A DNA stretch of 64,000 nucleotides from Takakia lepidozioides. Its lineage: Eukaryota; Plantae; Bryophyta. The notes beneath the pieces are model-generated. The model saw only the letters and a program-made list of their open reading frames with translations. It ran no database searches and was not told where the DNA came from. The DNA lies in assembly GCA_030704615.1 (NCBI GenBank), contig CM060731.1, positions 42,408,001 through 42,472,000 of the forward strand, in the 5' to 3' direction. The translations under genes were made by a program, and so were the position numbers. Below are positions 1 through 10,492 of this stretch, piece after piece. How positions within the stretch are numbered: the stretch's first letter is position 1; every line of letters starts with the position of its first letter.

Positions 1-3000
1 GGGTATGTCCAAAAGTACTACTCGGTACTTTTCAAACTTATAATAGCGTAACCAGGCCTGTTTTAAACTCAATGGTTAATTCCAAAGATACTGCTTGGTA
101 CACCTAAAGCAGCCATTATGTAATCTGAAAAGCCATCAAGCCAAAACAGCTTAGACAGTTTTGTTTTAAACTCAGAGAGTAGTTCCAAAAACCTGCTTCA
201 TAACTCAGACCAGACGGTGGTAATTTGGCAAAGCCCTTCAATACATCTGCTTGGTATTCTTCAAGCTAAAACAGTATGAATATATCTGCCTTAAACAAGT
301 TAAAACAGTAAAACCAGATCTGTTTCAGACTCAAAGGGTGGTTCCAAAGGCATAGCTTGGCAACCTTAAAACAGATGTTATGTAATCTGAAAAGCCCGTC
401 ATGCCAGGTGCTTGGCCTGTTTTAAACTCAACGCTTAATTTCAAAGATGCTGCTTGGTACACCTAAAGCAGCCAGTATGTAGTCTGAAAAGCCATCGAGC
501 CAAAACAGCTTAGACATTCTGTTCTAAATTCAGAACGTAGTTCCAAAGACCTGCTTGATAAATCAGACCAGACAGCCTGTAATTTGCTCAAAGGGTGGTT
601 CCAAAGGCATTGCTTGGCAACCTTAAAACAGATGTTATGTAATCTGAAAAGCCCATCATGCCAACAGCTTGGTAATCTCTAAGTTAGAGCAGTGTAGTCA
701 TGACTGTTTTAGTCTTAGAACTCTAACCTCAATGTCCAAGAAGTACTACTTACCATGTTAAAACAACATAAGAAGGCCTGTTTTAAGCATCACTGGATAG
801 CTTTAGGTCTGGAGATGTTACTCCAGCACCATATCAATATGATGCCAAAGTTCATACTGGTATCATGCTAGAAAAACCGACTTATAATCAGGTTGAAAAC
901 CCCCGAGTCTTAATAGAACGTCTGTATTCTATAAAGCTCAGCACATTGCCATATTGTTCAACAGAAGCAGTTGGTTGCAATCATAAAAAAACAAAAACAA
1001 ATCGTATCGGATGCCCCGCTGAAGCAGTATTCAGCGTCAATCGTCACCATCGCCAAGTCTTTTGATCATCTGCAAACTGAAAGATACATATTAAGTGAAG
1101 GCCCTCACCTGTGCCCGTCCCCAAAACCACCACATCAAAGATGGGTGTTAGTGAGGATGCACCAAGTGAGTAGCAGGTCTTCACAGTTGCTATCCATGTC
1201 CAACATGCATTCTACAGTGAGCAAATTGATCAAAAGAAGAACAAAGATGCGACACCACTAAGAACCTTAATCGTTTGTGGAGTGGGACGCTGCGGCGTTC
1301 AACATCTGAATCTCAAGAGATCACAATAGAATGCAACAAAATGGGAGACTCGAGGAAAATTGCATCTTTACAAAGTGCAACTTAACTTCCTCCGTCTCCT
1401 TAAGAGCGCCGCTGCTTCATGAATGCGAAAGATTGCAGGCAAACACAGCAGTAGGTCGTTTGCCAGCACGGGAAATGGAAGTACCTGCCGCCATCGCGCA
1501 TTAAAAAAACAAAGCGCGCGCAGATCGTGCTGCTCGAGCACTCAGCCGCCATCGCCCTCCACCAGAGAAAACAAGCACGAGTATCGTGCTGTGCTTAGGG
1601 CAGAGAGACGGTTAGGCAAACCATCCCGCGATTTCATCCACTGGGAATGAAATTTTGCACTTTCATTAAGGTTACATCCTCTTAGGCTTACATCCGTTAT
1701 GGTTACATCGAGGAAGGATGTAATGGATGAAAAATTGCAGGCTACATCCTCGGTGGTAAAGTTCAAGACAATAAGAAAAAAATTGTTAATCCCGAACAGA
1801 TAATTGGAGAGAGGGAGAGGGGGGGCACCCACCATCCAACCCCTGGTATGGCAGTCCCTTATGGAGTGAGTTTGGTATGCACTCACCCCGTAAGGGAGTG
1901 CGCATACCAGACCCATTCTCATAAGGCTCTCCCTCTACAATGTAGTTCTATCCTTGGACTTGAATACCAAATGGATAAAAGGCCTGCATTCTCTCTGCTC
2001 TCAGATTACGAGTGAACATTGGCACAACATAATTCAAACTTGGCAAGAGTTCAGAAATTACAGGTGTTCTTCAACCAATGGCAGCAGACTACTGCACATC
2101 TTCCCACCATATCAGCCAACTTTTTGGTTAGAACCAATTTACCCAAAGGTATGAATAAGAACTTGTGTTCTTCAGCCACTGGCAGTAGTCTACTGCCCCT
2201 GATTCAAACAAGCCATCTTCCAGCAACATAGTAAGATTGGGTACTTTTTTTTGGTGCTACAAAGAGCAAAGCCATAACCAGGAGAAACATGGAAGCACTT
2301 GAGCCAAGGACACGGAAGTCACTCGTATCGTAAGGTATCTAAAACTGACATAAGGCATCGGCTACAGGAGACCAGCTAACAAGAGTAATGTGCATTGACC
2401 GGATCATGTATAAGGTGTACAGTACATATACTCTAGCAGGCTGTCTTACCAGGGCCTAGCTCATAATATCATCATTCAGAAGTCATTTAGATGCTCTATG
2501 TTTATTTCAGGTACCATCGAGGATGCCTTACTCTCCATGCCCAATCAACCAACATATTTTTGCTGGAGAGGATCATACCTTATGAGGGATTTGTTGCTCC
2601 ATATTATTGTTATGGAGGTATAGGGGGCTGATACCCCATGGCTTTGCCAGACCTCTGCAAAAGCCATTAAAGGTGTTAGAACATCAAAGTAAGAAGACTG
2701 GAAAATGACAAGTGAGAGGTAGATAGTGTGTACAGAAACCACCTAGTACACTGGGCAAAAAACAGAGGGAAGATAAATATGTCTTGTCAAGGCACAGACA
2801 AGACAAGTGCTGTCGTTGTCAAATCAAGACATATCAGCCTCATGACGAGGCACTATCTAACTTCACCTCGCATAGACAGTATCTTACTTGATAGAAACTC
2901 ATGTCATCTTCCTGGAAGTACATGAAAAGTTAGGGTGGGAGGGTGGGATTTCCAAGACAACCATCACCCTGGATTCAGATCAGAGCAGGAGTGCTAGATT

Positions 3001-3010
3001 GAGCATAATC
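1..3010 (-). repeat. Diverged dispersed copy of the 3 kb tandem-array family, inverted relative to the array
   Basis: 1095-1215, 1500-1660, 1820-1950, 2240-2580 and 2740-2990 are reverse complements, in collinear order, of modules in the unit at 48481-51432. 1-860 is an expanded degenerate sub-repeat region (57-215 matches 415-575; 330-405 matches 587-662). Confidence 0.85.
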
Positions 3011-3723
3011 AGAACTTTATGGTCAACACCAGCTCAGAGCCAGCACATGAGCAGTATAGTTAGTGAAGACATTGGCTGACAGTGGTAGTTCACTATGGGA
3101 ATTTGGGGAGTAGAATGAGTAGTGGGGGATTTTGTGCCTGGGATGCAGCAGGTTATGGCGTAGGGAAGAGCCGAAGGTGATGGATGACGCATATCTGGAG
3201 GTTGTGAATATAAGATTTGGAGGGGGGGGGGGGGAACTTAAGGGCGAGCTGGGTTGAGCAATACAACATTGTGTAAGACTTGGCAACAACATGATGTATG
3301 ATGACTATTGAGCAAAAATTGGAGAAAGAATAAAGAGTGGGATATGGGGTCGAGTATGGTGGGGGGAGAAATGATATTGGTTATCATTGGCAGGGTTGGC
3401 AAACAGAGGGCATGGAACTGAGTTGGGGAGCCAAGAGGTTGGATATGAAGTAGGAAGCCAGTACATGAGTAGAGTAGTTAGTGAAAATTTAGGCTGGCAG
3501 GGGTGGTTCACTGTGAAACTTTGGGGCCTAGTTATCATTCCTGATGTGACGTGGCGCTGACACGTCGGACGTGTGTCACGTCACGTCGAAACCGGACGTT
3601 TACCCATGTATTTTTTTATATTTAACTTTTATGATTTACTTCTACCCTTTCTAATGACATGGCAGCCACGGTATAAAACACACGTGGCAAATTATTAATA
3701 TTTAGTAATTCCTTAAAAAACAT

Positions 3724-4340
3724 GCGACCGCCCATATTGGCGGTCGCTTGTAATTTACTTATTTTTAAATGAAGCGACCGCCATTGGCAGTCGCTTCTAA
3801 TTATTAAAAAAAAATGAAGTGTTTGTTATTTAGAAAATATATAGACCGCCGTGTGGCGATCGCTCTTATTCCCTAATTTGGGTTCTTTTAAGAAATAAAG
3901 CGACCGCCACAAGGGGTATTTTTATATTTTTTAGAAAAATGCAACGACCGGCAAGAGGCGGTCGCTATTTTTGGTTTTTTAAAAATATAGTGACCGCCCT
4001 GCAGCGGTTGCGATATGTTTTTTGGGTTTTAGTAAGAAATGAAGCGACCGCCACAAGGGCGGTCGCTCCTTTTTGTATATTAAAAATACTACGCGGCCGC
4101 CAAGTGGCGGTCGCCTCTTTTTATTGTTTTCTTAAATAAAGCGACCGCCGTGTGGTGGTCGCTTCTTTAAAGTTTTTAAGAAAAACACAATGACTGCCTT
4201 GTGGCGGTCGCCATTTTGTTTCTTTTTAAATAAAGCGACCGCCATGCGACGGTCACGTCGTTTTGTTTTTTAAAAAATACAGCGACCCGCCATTTGGCGG
4301 TAATTTTGTTTGTTTTTTAAAAGCATTAAGCGGCGCCTCG
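3724..4340. repeat. Array of about 13 GC-rich palindromes (GCGACCGCC-N3-6-GGCGGTCGC) with AT-rich spacers, period about 48-50 bp
   Basis: Copies near 3724, 3774, 3845, 3900, 3944, 3990, 4044, 4093, 4141, 4190, 4235, 4282 and 4329. Resembles transposon subterminal repeats. Confidence 0.85.
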
Positions 4341-4960
4341 TGTCGCGCACCTCACTTCGGCTGGCGCATCTTGACCATCGCAGAGGAGTACCGCGGTTAT
4401 TGGCTCACAGCTAGGGTTGGAGCCCGAGGCCCGAGAGCCCATCTTGCCCATCTCTACTTTCTTCCGGTTCAACACACGTTGGTCGGGCTGTTGTCAGCCT
4501 CCCTTTTTGGGCTATATTCACTTTGATTCCGCTCTTGAGGTCCATCTTGCGTGGCAGGTGGCCTACTTGGCTTGTTGTGCGTTGTGCCGCACCATTGTAG
4601 ATTCTTTGTTGTATACACGCTGCAGGTCCGATCGGCGATCCGCTCCTTTGAGATATTGTGGGGGGGGGCACCATCTGCCGCCATCGACCCGCCTTCGTGC
4701 CGGCTGTTCTTACCACCATGTTACTACCATCGAGGGACCATGCCAGCGCGTTGGATTGACAAACGAGTCTGGTGCACTCGACAACTTCCAAATGGAGAAA
4801 CTCAGAATTTTTATTGGTGCCCTGATAGGTTTGTGTTTCCAGGTTGTTCTTGCCCAGGTATTTACTTGGGGGCTCTACATCCTAGGTCATCATTGGTGGC
4901 TCATTTACGATGACAGGTTGATTTCTTCACCCTTGTGAATCTTGTCAATTCTTTGCGACA
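4341..4960 (-). mobile_element. Solo LTR related to the chromovirus LTRs in this window
   Basis: Termini TGTCGC...GCGACA. The first 20 nt (TGTCGCGCACCTCACTTCGG) are identical to the LTR ends at 20322, 26509 and 45238. No target-site duplication (TSD) seen. Confidence 0.6.
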
Positions 4961-5483
4961 CACCATTTGATCCTTAAATCTAACTGTGCACAGTGTCTAG
5001 GGCCTTGGCCTATAGGACATCTAGTATTTCATAATCGGTTATACACGGATATACCCCTGTCACCAAGATTTCACGGTAGGTATCCAGATCTTACCTCATT
5101 TATTCTTGATATGGTCATCCAAGGAAATATAAGTCCTCTAGTACAAACAGAAGTAGGAGGGTCTTCGTCAGCTCAACAATCAGTGTATGTCTAGCTCAGG
5201 ATCAAGAGCAACACTCCCGAGTCTGGGATAATATATCTTTTGATACTAGGTTACAACGTAGACTAGTCAGAGAGGCAGTCCGAGACCAATTATTAGGGAA
5301 GATACCAAAATTAAGTCCAGCATCAGACTCGAAAACCCGAAGTCTAGATAAAATAGAGTGGGAAGGAGAGGATACCGGCAGTTCTTCAAATGTTGGTATT
5401 CACTAGTGGTTTTTCCTTTGTCAGGTCCGCCTCTTTCTCCACCGGCAAGGTCAAATAGTCCATCGCCGTCGTTAGTGTCAACC

Positions 5484-7464
5484 ATGGCACATATTCCAGG
5501 ACCTCCTGAAGTACCCATCGTGGTCCCAACAGGTCTGGCCCCACTAATATTGCCCTGACATTTGCCTTGGTTCTCTGGGGAAACACATGAAAACCCGGAA
5601 TATCATATTAATTTTTTTATTCAATGTTGCTATTCTAACCAAGCATTGGATGATGCTTATTGGCTAATCTGGTTTCCCACAACCATGAGGGGAAGGGCAT
5701 CCACTTGGTATTGGCAACAGGCACCAAGAACATTTGTCACTTGGGGGTAGTTGCAGGGTAAGGTGGACCAAAAACGACAAATGTTGTCTTCCATGGAAGT
5801 CCATGATCAAATTTAAAGTTGACGATATTTTCCCAAATAATTCAAATGATGATAGACAATGGTATATTTAACATTTTTAGTAAATGGTCTTACCCCAAAC
5901 ATCAAAGATAATTTTTACTATAAATTTTAGTCTTTAATTTGATTAAAATTTGATATATCAAAAATTAAAATTTACATCAATTTTTCTATATACAACCAAG
6001 CCATTGTAGATTATATTTTTGTATCCTTTGCAGTAAAATATGACACCTCAAAAGCCCAAAACACAAGATGTACTAAACTAGAACAAATCCCCTTATATAT
6101 AACACTCATATTAGTCCATAGGTAGTAAATGACAACCGATATTGTCATTTTAAATTGAAATCTAGAGTGTTCGCTAAATTGGCCCCCTTAGCTCAAAAGT
6201 TCAAGGCAATATACCAAAGGCACAATGGCTTATTTTGAGTCCATGTATTTCCACTTGCAACGGTGACAGTCCACAGTTGTCGTGTTCTAAAGTCCATACC
6301 TCTTGGACATTTTATTTGATTGACAATTTGACGGTTGATATAGGTAGATATTGAAGTTAGGAATCCAGCATGGAAAATATTTCTCAACATTATTGATTCT
6401 ATTCAAAGCAATTCATGATATCATGCACGACAGTCACTGAAAACTGTGTCGGTGACGTCCATTTTGGTCCACCTTACCTTGCATCTACCATTGGTTGCAC
6501 ATTCACGACGCATTCTTGGATCATTTCCGGGCGGTGCACCAATTCACAAGTGTCCTGATGGCACTAACACGAATCCGTCAAGGCCCTACAGAGGAGGTAT
6601 CGGACTTTGAAATGAGGTTCCGGGAGCTAATGAGGCTCCAAAATCCCTTGACCCTCTTAGACGATGGGGTACTCAAGGACTATTTTTTAGTGGTTTACGA
6701 GAGGCTACTCATTTCCATGTTCTGCAGCAGAGACCTACAACTTTGGCAGATGCCATACACGTCGGGAAGGAATTTGACAACATGCACCGGCAAGTGCAAT
6801 GAGCTAAGATGTCGTCCACCAACAAGATTCTATGCACTATCTTTACCAAGATAGTGAATGCCAATTGTACCGATTGGGATACCAAGATGAGTACAACATT
6901 ATTGGCATTCAGGACATTCTACAAAGTAACTATAAAACATACACCTTTTCAACTTGTGTATGGAACAGAAGCATTACTACCCATTGAATGCCAAATACCA
7001 ACACTGCGAACCACCATAGAAGAACGATGGGGCCTAGAATAATCACTACAAGTCAGGGAACACGAATTGTTCCACCTCGAAGAAGTTCGAATAGATGCCG
7101 CAAACAACATGACACAAATTCAGGAATAATGACAAAAGCAGATATCAGAAGGAAAGATGAAGACTTTCCAGGATGGAGAGATGGTTCTTTGGCTACCAAA
7201 GATTAGAAAGATCAAGCTGGGAGACAAATTGAAAATGCCATGGATGGGCCCTTTTCAGATTCAAAGGGTACATGGCAACGGCACAATGGACCTGCAGACC
7301 CTCGACTATGAAATGGTGGGGCGCATTCATGCCAACAAGCTGAAAGGTTATAAGGGGATACACGATCAAGCACTAAAGCACGACTTGGAAGGCAGAAGCA
7401 ACGGAGGAGGCTCGAGAAAGCTTAGAAGTTTTCTATATCCATGAAAGAGAGTTGCGGGGAGGGG
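5484..7464 (+). mobile_element. Decayed, internally deleted Ty3/gypsy retrotransposon (gag joined to integrase C-terminus, then polypurine tract)
   Basis: Gag motifs LPWFSGETHENPEYHINFF..FPTTMRGRASTWY..TFVTW/LHIHDAFLDHF..IRQGPTEEVSDFEMRF. Integrase motifs DWDTKM..AFRT..HTPFQLVYGTEALLP and KLKMPWMGPFQIQRV. Polypurine GGGGAGGGG at 7456-7464. Stops and frameshifts present. Confidence 0.85.
5745..6490. mobile_element. MITE / non-autonomous TIR DNA transposon (746 bp) inserted in gag
   Basis: 28-bp terminal inverted repeats GGTAGTTGCAGGGTAAGGTGGACCAAAA / TTTTGGTCCACCTTACCTTGCATCTACC (2 mismatches). Flanking TTGG duplication at 5741-5744 and 6491-6494. AT-rich non-coding interior. Excision restores the gag frame. 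Confidence 0.9.
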
Positions 7465-7475
7465 TATAGAAATTA

Positions 7476-8280
7476 ATGGCGTTGACGCCATCAATGTAGG
7501 CACGCCATCAATTTAGACACCCTCTCTGCTGCCATTGTTTTACCAAAATATAATGAGTATAGATATAATTGTAGGGGCCTTTCTAGTGAAATAGAGCTGC
7601 CGGAAGGGTCTATAAATTGGGGGTCTTGACACATCAATTTCCACACCCTTCCCTTAGCTCTCTTTAATAAATAAAAGCATGTGTTTATTTGGTCCATTGC
7701 AGGGACGTCAAATTGTGCTTTGCTTTGCTATGCAAATCGGCATGGAGGGTCTCGAAAACTGATGGTGTTGACGCCGTCATTTTTAACAACCTTCATATTG
7801 CTCTATTATTGTGTAGACATAATATCATTATGTACTTGCATGGGCAGTACTTGCCAAGAAGAAAACAACATGGAGGATGTCAACTCCGATGGCGTTGACA
7901 CCATCACTTTTGTCACCTTCCACCTTGCTCTTTTTTAGGTCTAGACATAGATAACATTTGCTATTTGAAAGTTTTTTTTTGAAAAAATAAAAATAAAAAA
8001 ATAGTCGGGAGGGTGCCGAAATGGATGGCATTGACACCATCGTCTTCAACACCTTCCCTGTTGTGAGATGTTTTTGAATAGACATAGATATATGCATGGG
8101 TTATTTTTACAAAAATAAATCAGCAGGGATGTGTGAAAAAATGATGGCGTTGACTCCATTGTTTCTAACACCCTCCCAATGTTATTTTTTGGGTAGACAT
8201 ATGGTAGTTATATTTTTGCAGAGCTTGTTTTGGAGTCGGCATGACAAAGCTTCGAAATTGCTGGCATTGACACATCATGC
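7476..8280. repeat. Scattered palindromic motif GATGGCGTTGACGCCATC (about 6 copies)
   Basis: Variants near 7476, 7761, 7888, 8024, 8143 and 8261, directly after the gypsy polypurine tract. Confidence 0.65.
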
Positions 8281-8512
8281 TATCAGTTTCAATATAGCCT
8301 GCAATTTAATTTTTATATCCGAATTTTGGTTTTTTCGAATTTTGCTCTCTCATTGTTTGTCTTGGTTGTGGCTTAGGTACATTACATTTGAGCTTGTCCT
8401 AGCATGTTCATGACAAAAGTACTTGCAGATTGAGAACCTACACATTTGAAGACTTGTGGCTGATATCTGAATTGCCCTCTTCAACATATAACTCCATTCC
8501 TGGAATTGGAGT

Positions 8513-9300
8513 ATGGAAAACCAAAACAACCATGGAGCCGTGCTTGCTTCCCTCATCAATAGGAAATCACACGAGCGCAACATTGAGGTCTTGAGGACAC
8601 GGGAGCCTCTCATTGATAAAACTCCCTCGAGGCACAAGAAAGAGAGGAACAAACGGAAGAGAAACAAGTTAGAAGGTTCTGGACCAATCGTTACAGTAGC
8701 ATCATAGTTTGGTTCTCCTGCTAGATGAATTGGCTATCCTAAAACAGCAGAAACTAATGAACAAAAAACTCCTTTCTACGATGGTGACTCGACAGTCTTC
8801 TTACTATGGAGTTCCATCTCCCACGTGTGAAGCTATTGTTGCTTTGTTGACATAGGTGCATTCCTTGCTTATACGTCTCAAGACAACCCCAATATTTCTG
8901 TGCCATTCCTACATCTTTCCCATTGTACATATTTTCGTCTCCATACTTACTTTCATCACCCTGCTCTTTGCTCGTTACTTTGAAATATTGTTTTTTCAGG
9001 TGACGTCAGGGCGAACATCGTGGATGAATGGTGTGAAGAAGACATTTGTAGCAGACCTTGTAATCCTTTCCATTCCGATGGCCTCCGTGTGCCAGATGTA
9101 CTTCCCAATGATGTACATCTTCATGGAACGCATTTGTCACTTGGTATTGGGGCCGGATCTTTTCTTTATGCTACAGCAGAGCATCTCTGCTCCTGCTACA
9201 ACAAAACCTGCTTTTTCCGAGTTGCACACCCCCATAATTGAACAAGCCCCTAGAGGATAGGAGAATATCATCCAGGCTTGAAATTGAGTGTCACAACACT
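8513..9300 (+). pseudogene. Possible decayed spliced ORF of unknown, probably TE-associated origin
   Basis: Protein-like reads MENQNNHGAV.. and GDVRANIVDEWCEEDICSRPCNPFH.. separated by a pyrimidine-rich intron-like stretch ending TTTTTTCAG at 8999. In-frame stops; no recognised domain. Confidence 0.25.
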
Positions 9301-10042
9301 CCAGGCAGTTTCATCATCATCTAATCAAAGGCATCAAGGTTTTGTGATTAAAATTAGCGCTCACTGATTGGTGACGCCTTTCTCTTCCAGTACCAAAGCT
9401 TCCCGCCACTGATTGGCCGTCCGATCTATCATGGGCGAATCGGATTCCGCAAGCTCAGAAACCTGACATTGGAATTGAACCCAGCTTTGGGCTTAGGCTA
9501 GATCTGACGGAATCTGTCCAGCCATCAAACAGCCCACCAAGAAACCCATAGAAAAGTCGACGTTGACTGTGCCAGTTCATGTTCGCCATGTGTGGAATTT
9601 CTTATTACTTAAGTTAGATGGACAGCCCGCAAGTGGATGAGAGAGAGAGAATGGGCCTTGAAGATTTGTGTTTTGCAATGGCTTATCTGCTGCGGATCAA
9701 CATGAGCTCCACCTTATTGCAACGAGAAAGACGGTGCATGCCCCAGTATGGCGCACTGCGGTGTCACCACTTTTCGCATCAAGTCACCTCTTTTGTCTCC
9801 TTCAGAACGAGGAGCAGCGGTATCGGCGCCATGGGAAACGGGTGGTGCACCACCTCCCTCCTTCCTGACGCTCCCCTCTGCCTTCATGCCTCCCTGCACT
9901 CCAGTTTCTACGATTTGAGGAGCGCAGGAGCTTCAGTTGCGTGGTGGGTGCTACCATTTCGGCATGTGCTGAATATGGTAAAGAATGAGAGGCTTCCTGT
10001 AACTGTTGTTGGATCAGAAGGGTGAGCAGTTCCGGAGCAACA

Positions 10043-10492
10043 ATGTCAGCACCGTGTCTGCTGACGCAAGGTGGCGGTGTAACATCAAAAGGTGCATCAG
10101 CTGGCTACATTCTTGCAGTCAGGAGAAAGCGTCCTGTTACTGCAAACCTTGTTTCGTGTCCTTTTCTCGCATCCTTGCCATCTTCTGTACATAATTCTGG
10201 TCCTTGTTGCGCGCTCACATCTGTTCAGAGGCATGTGAGCAAGCGCCGCATTCTGGGCAGGATGGCTGTGCCATGTGGTCGCTCTTCCCTGGTGGAAACA
10301 GATGGTAATCTCGGGGGAGCGTCAGTTGGCAGCCTTGAAGCACTGCACCTGGGCAGCTCGTGGCTGCGAGAACTGGACGGACTGCTGGTGTTCGAGGAAG
10401 GCAGGTCAGCGGAGCTGCTGCGTGCGGCGGCCTACTTGCGGGCATTGTCCTTCTATAACTACCCTGAGGGCCGCTCCGAGGAAGGGCTAAAG
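10043..10492 (+). CDS. GNAT exon 1
   Basis: ATG at 10043; ends AAG|GTAACC; encodes ..LRAAAYLRALSFYNYPEGRSEEGLK. Start codon is inferred. Confidence 0.8.

Noticed and set aside
3724-4340. CRISPR array
   Set aside because: Eukaryotic context, degenerate repeats, low-complexity similar spacers and no cas genes.
9618-10025. 135-aa ORF upstream of the GNAT gene
   Set aside because: No recognisable domain; more likely promoter or 5' UTR sequence.
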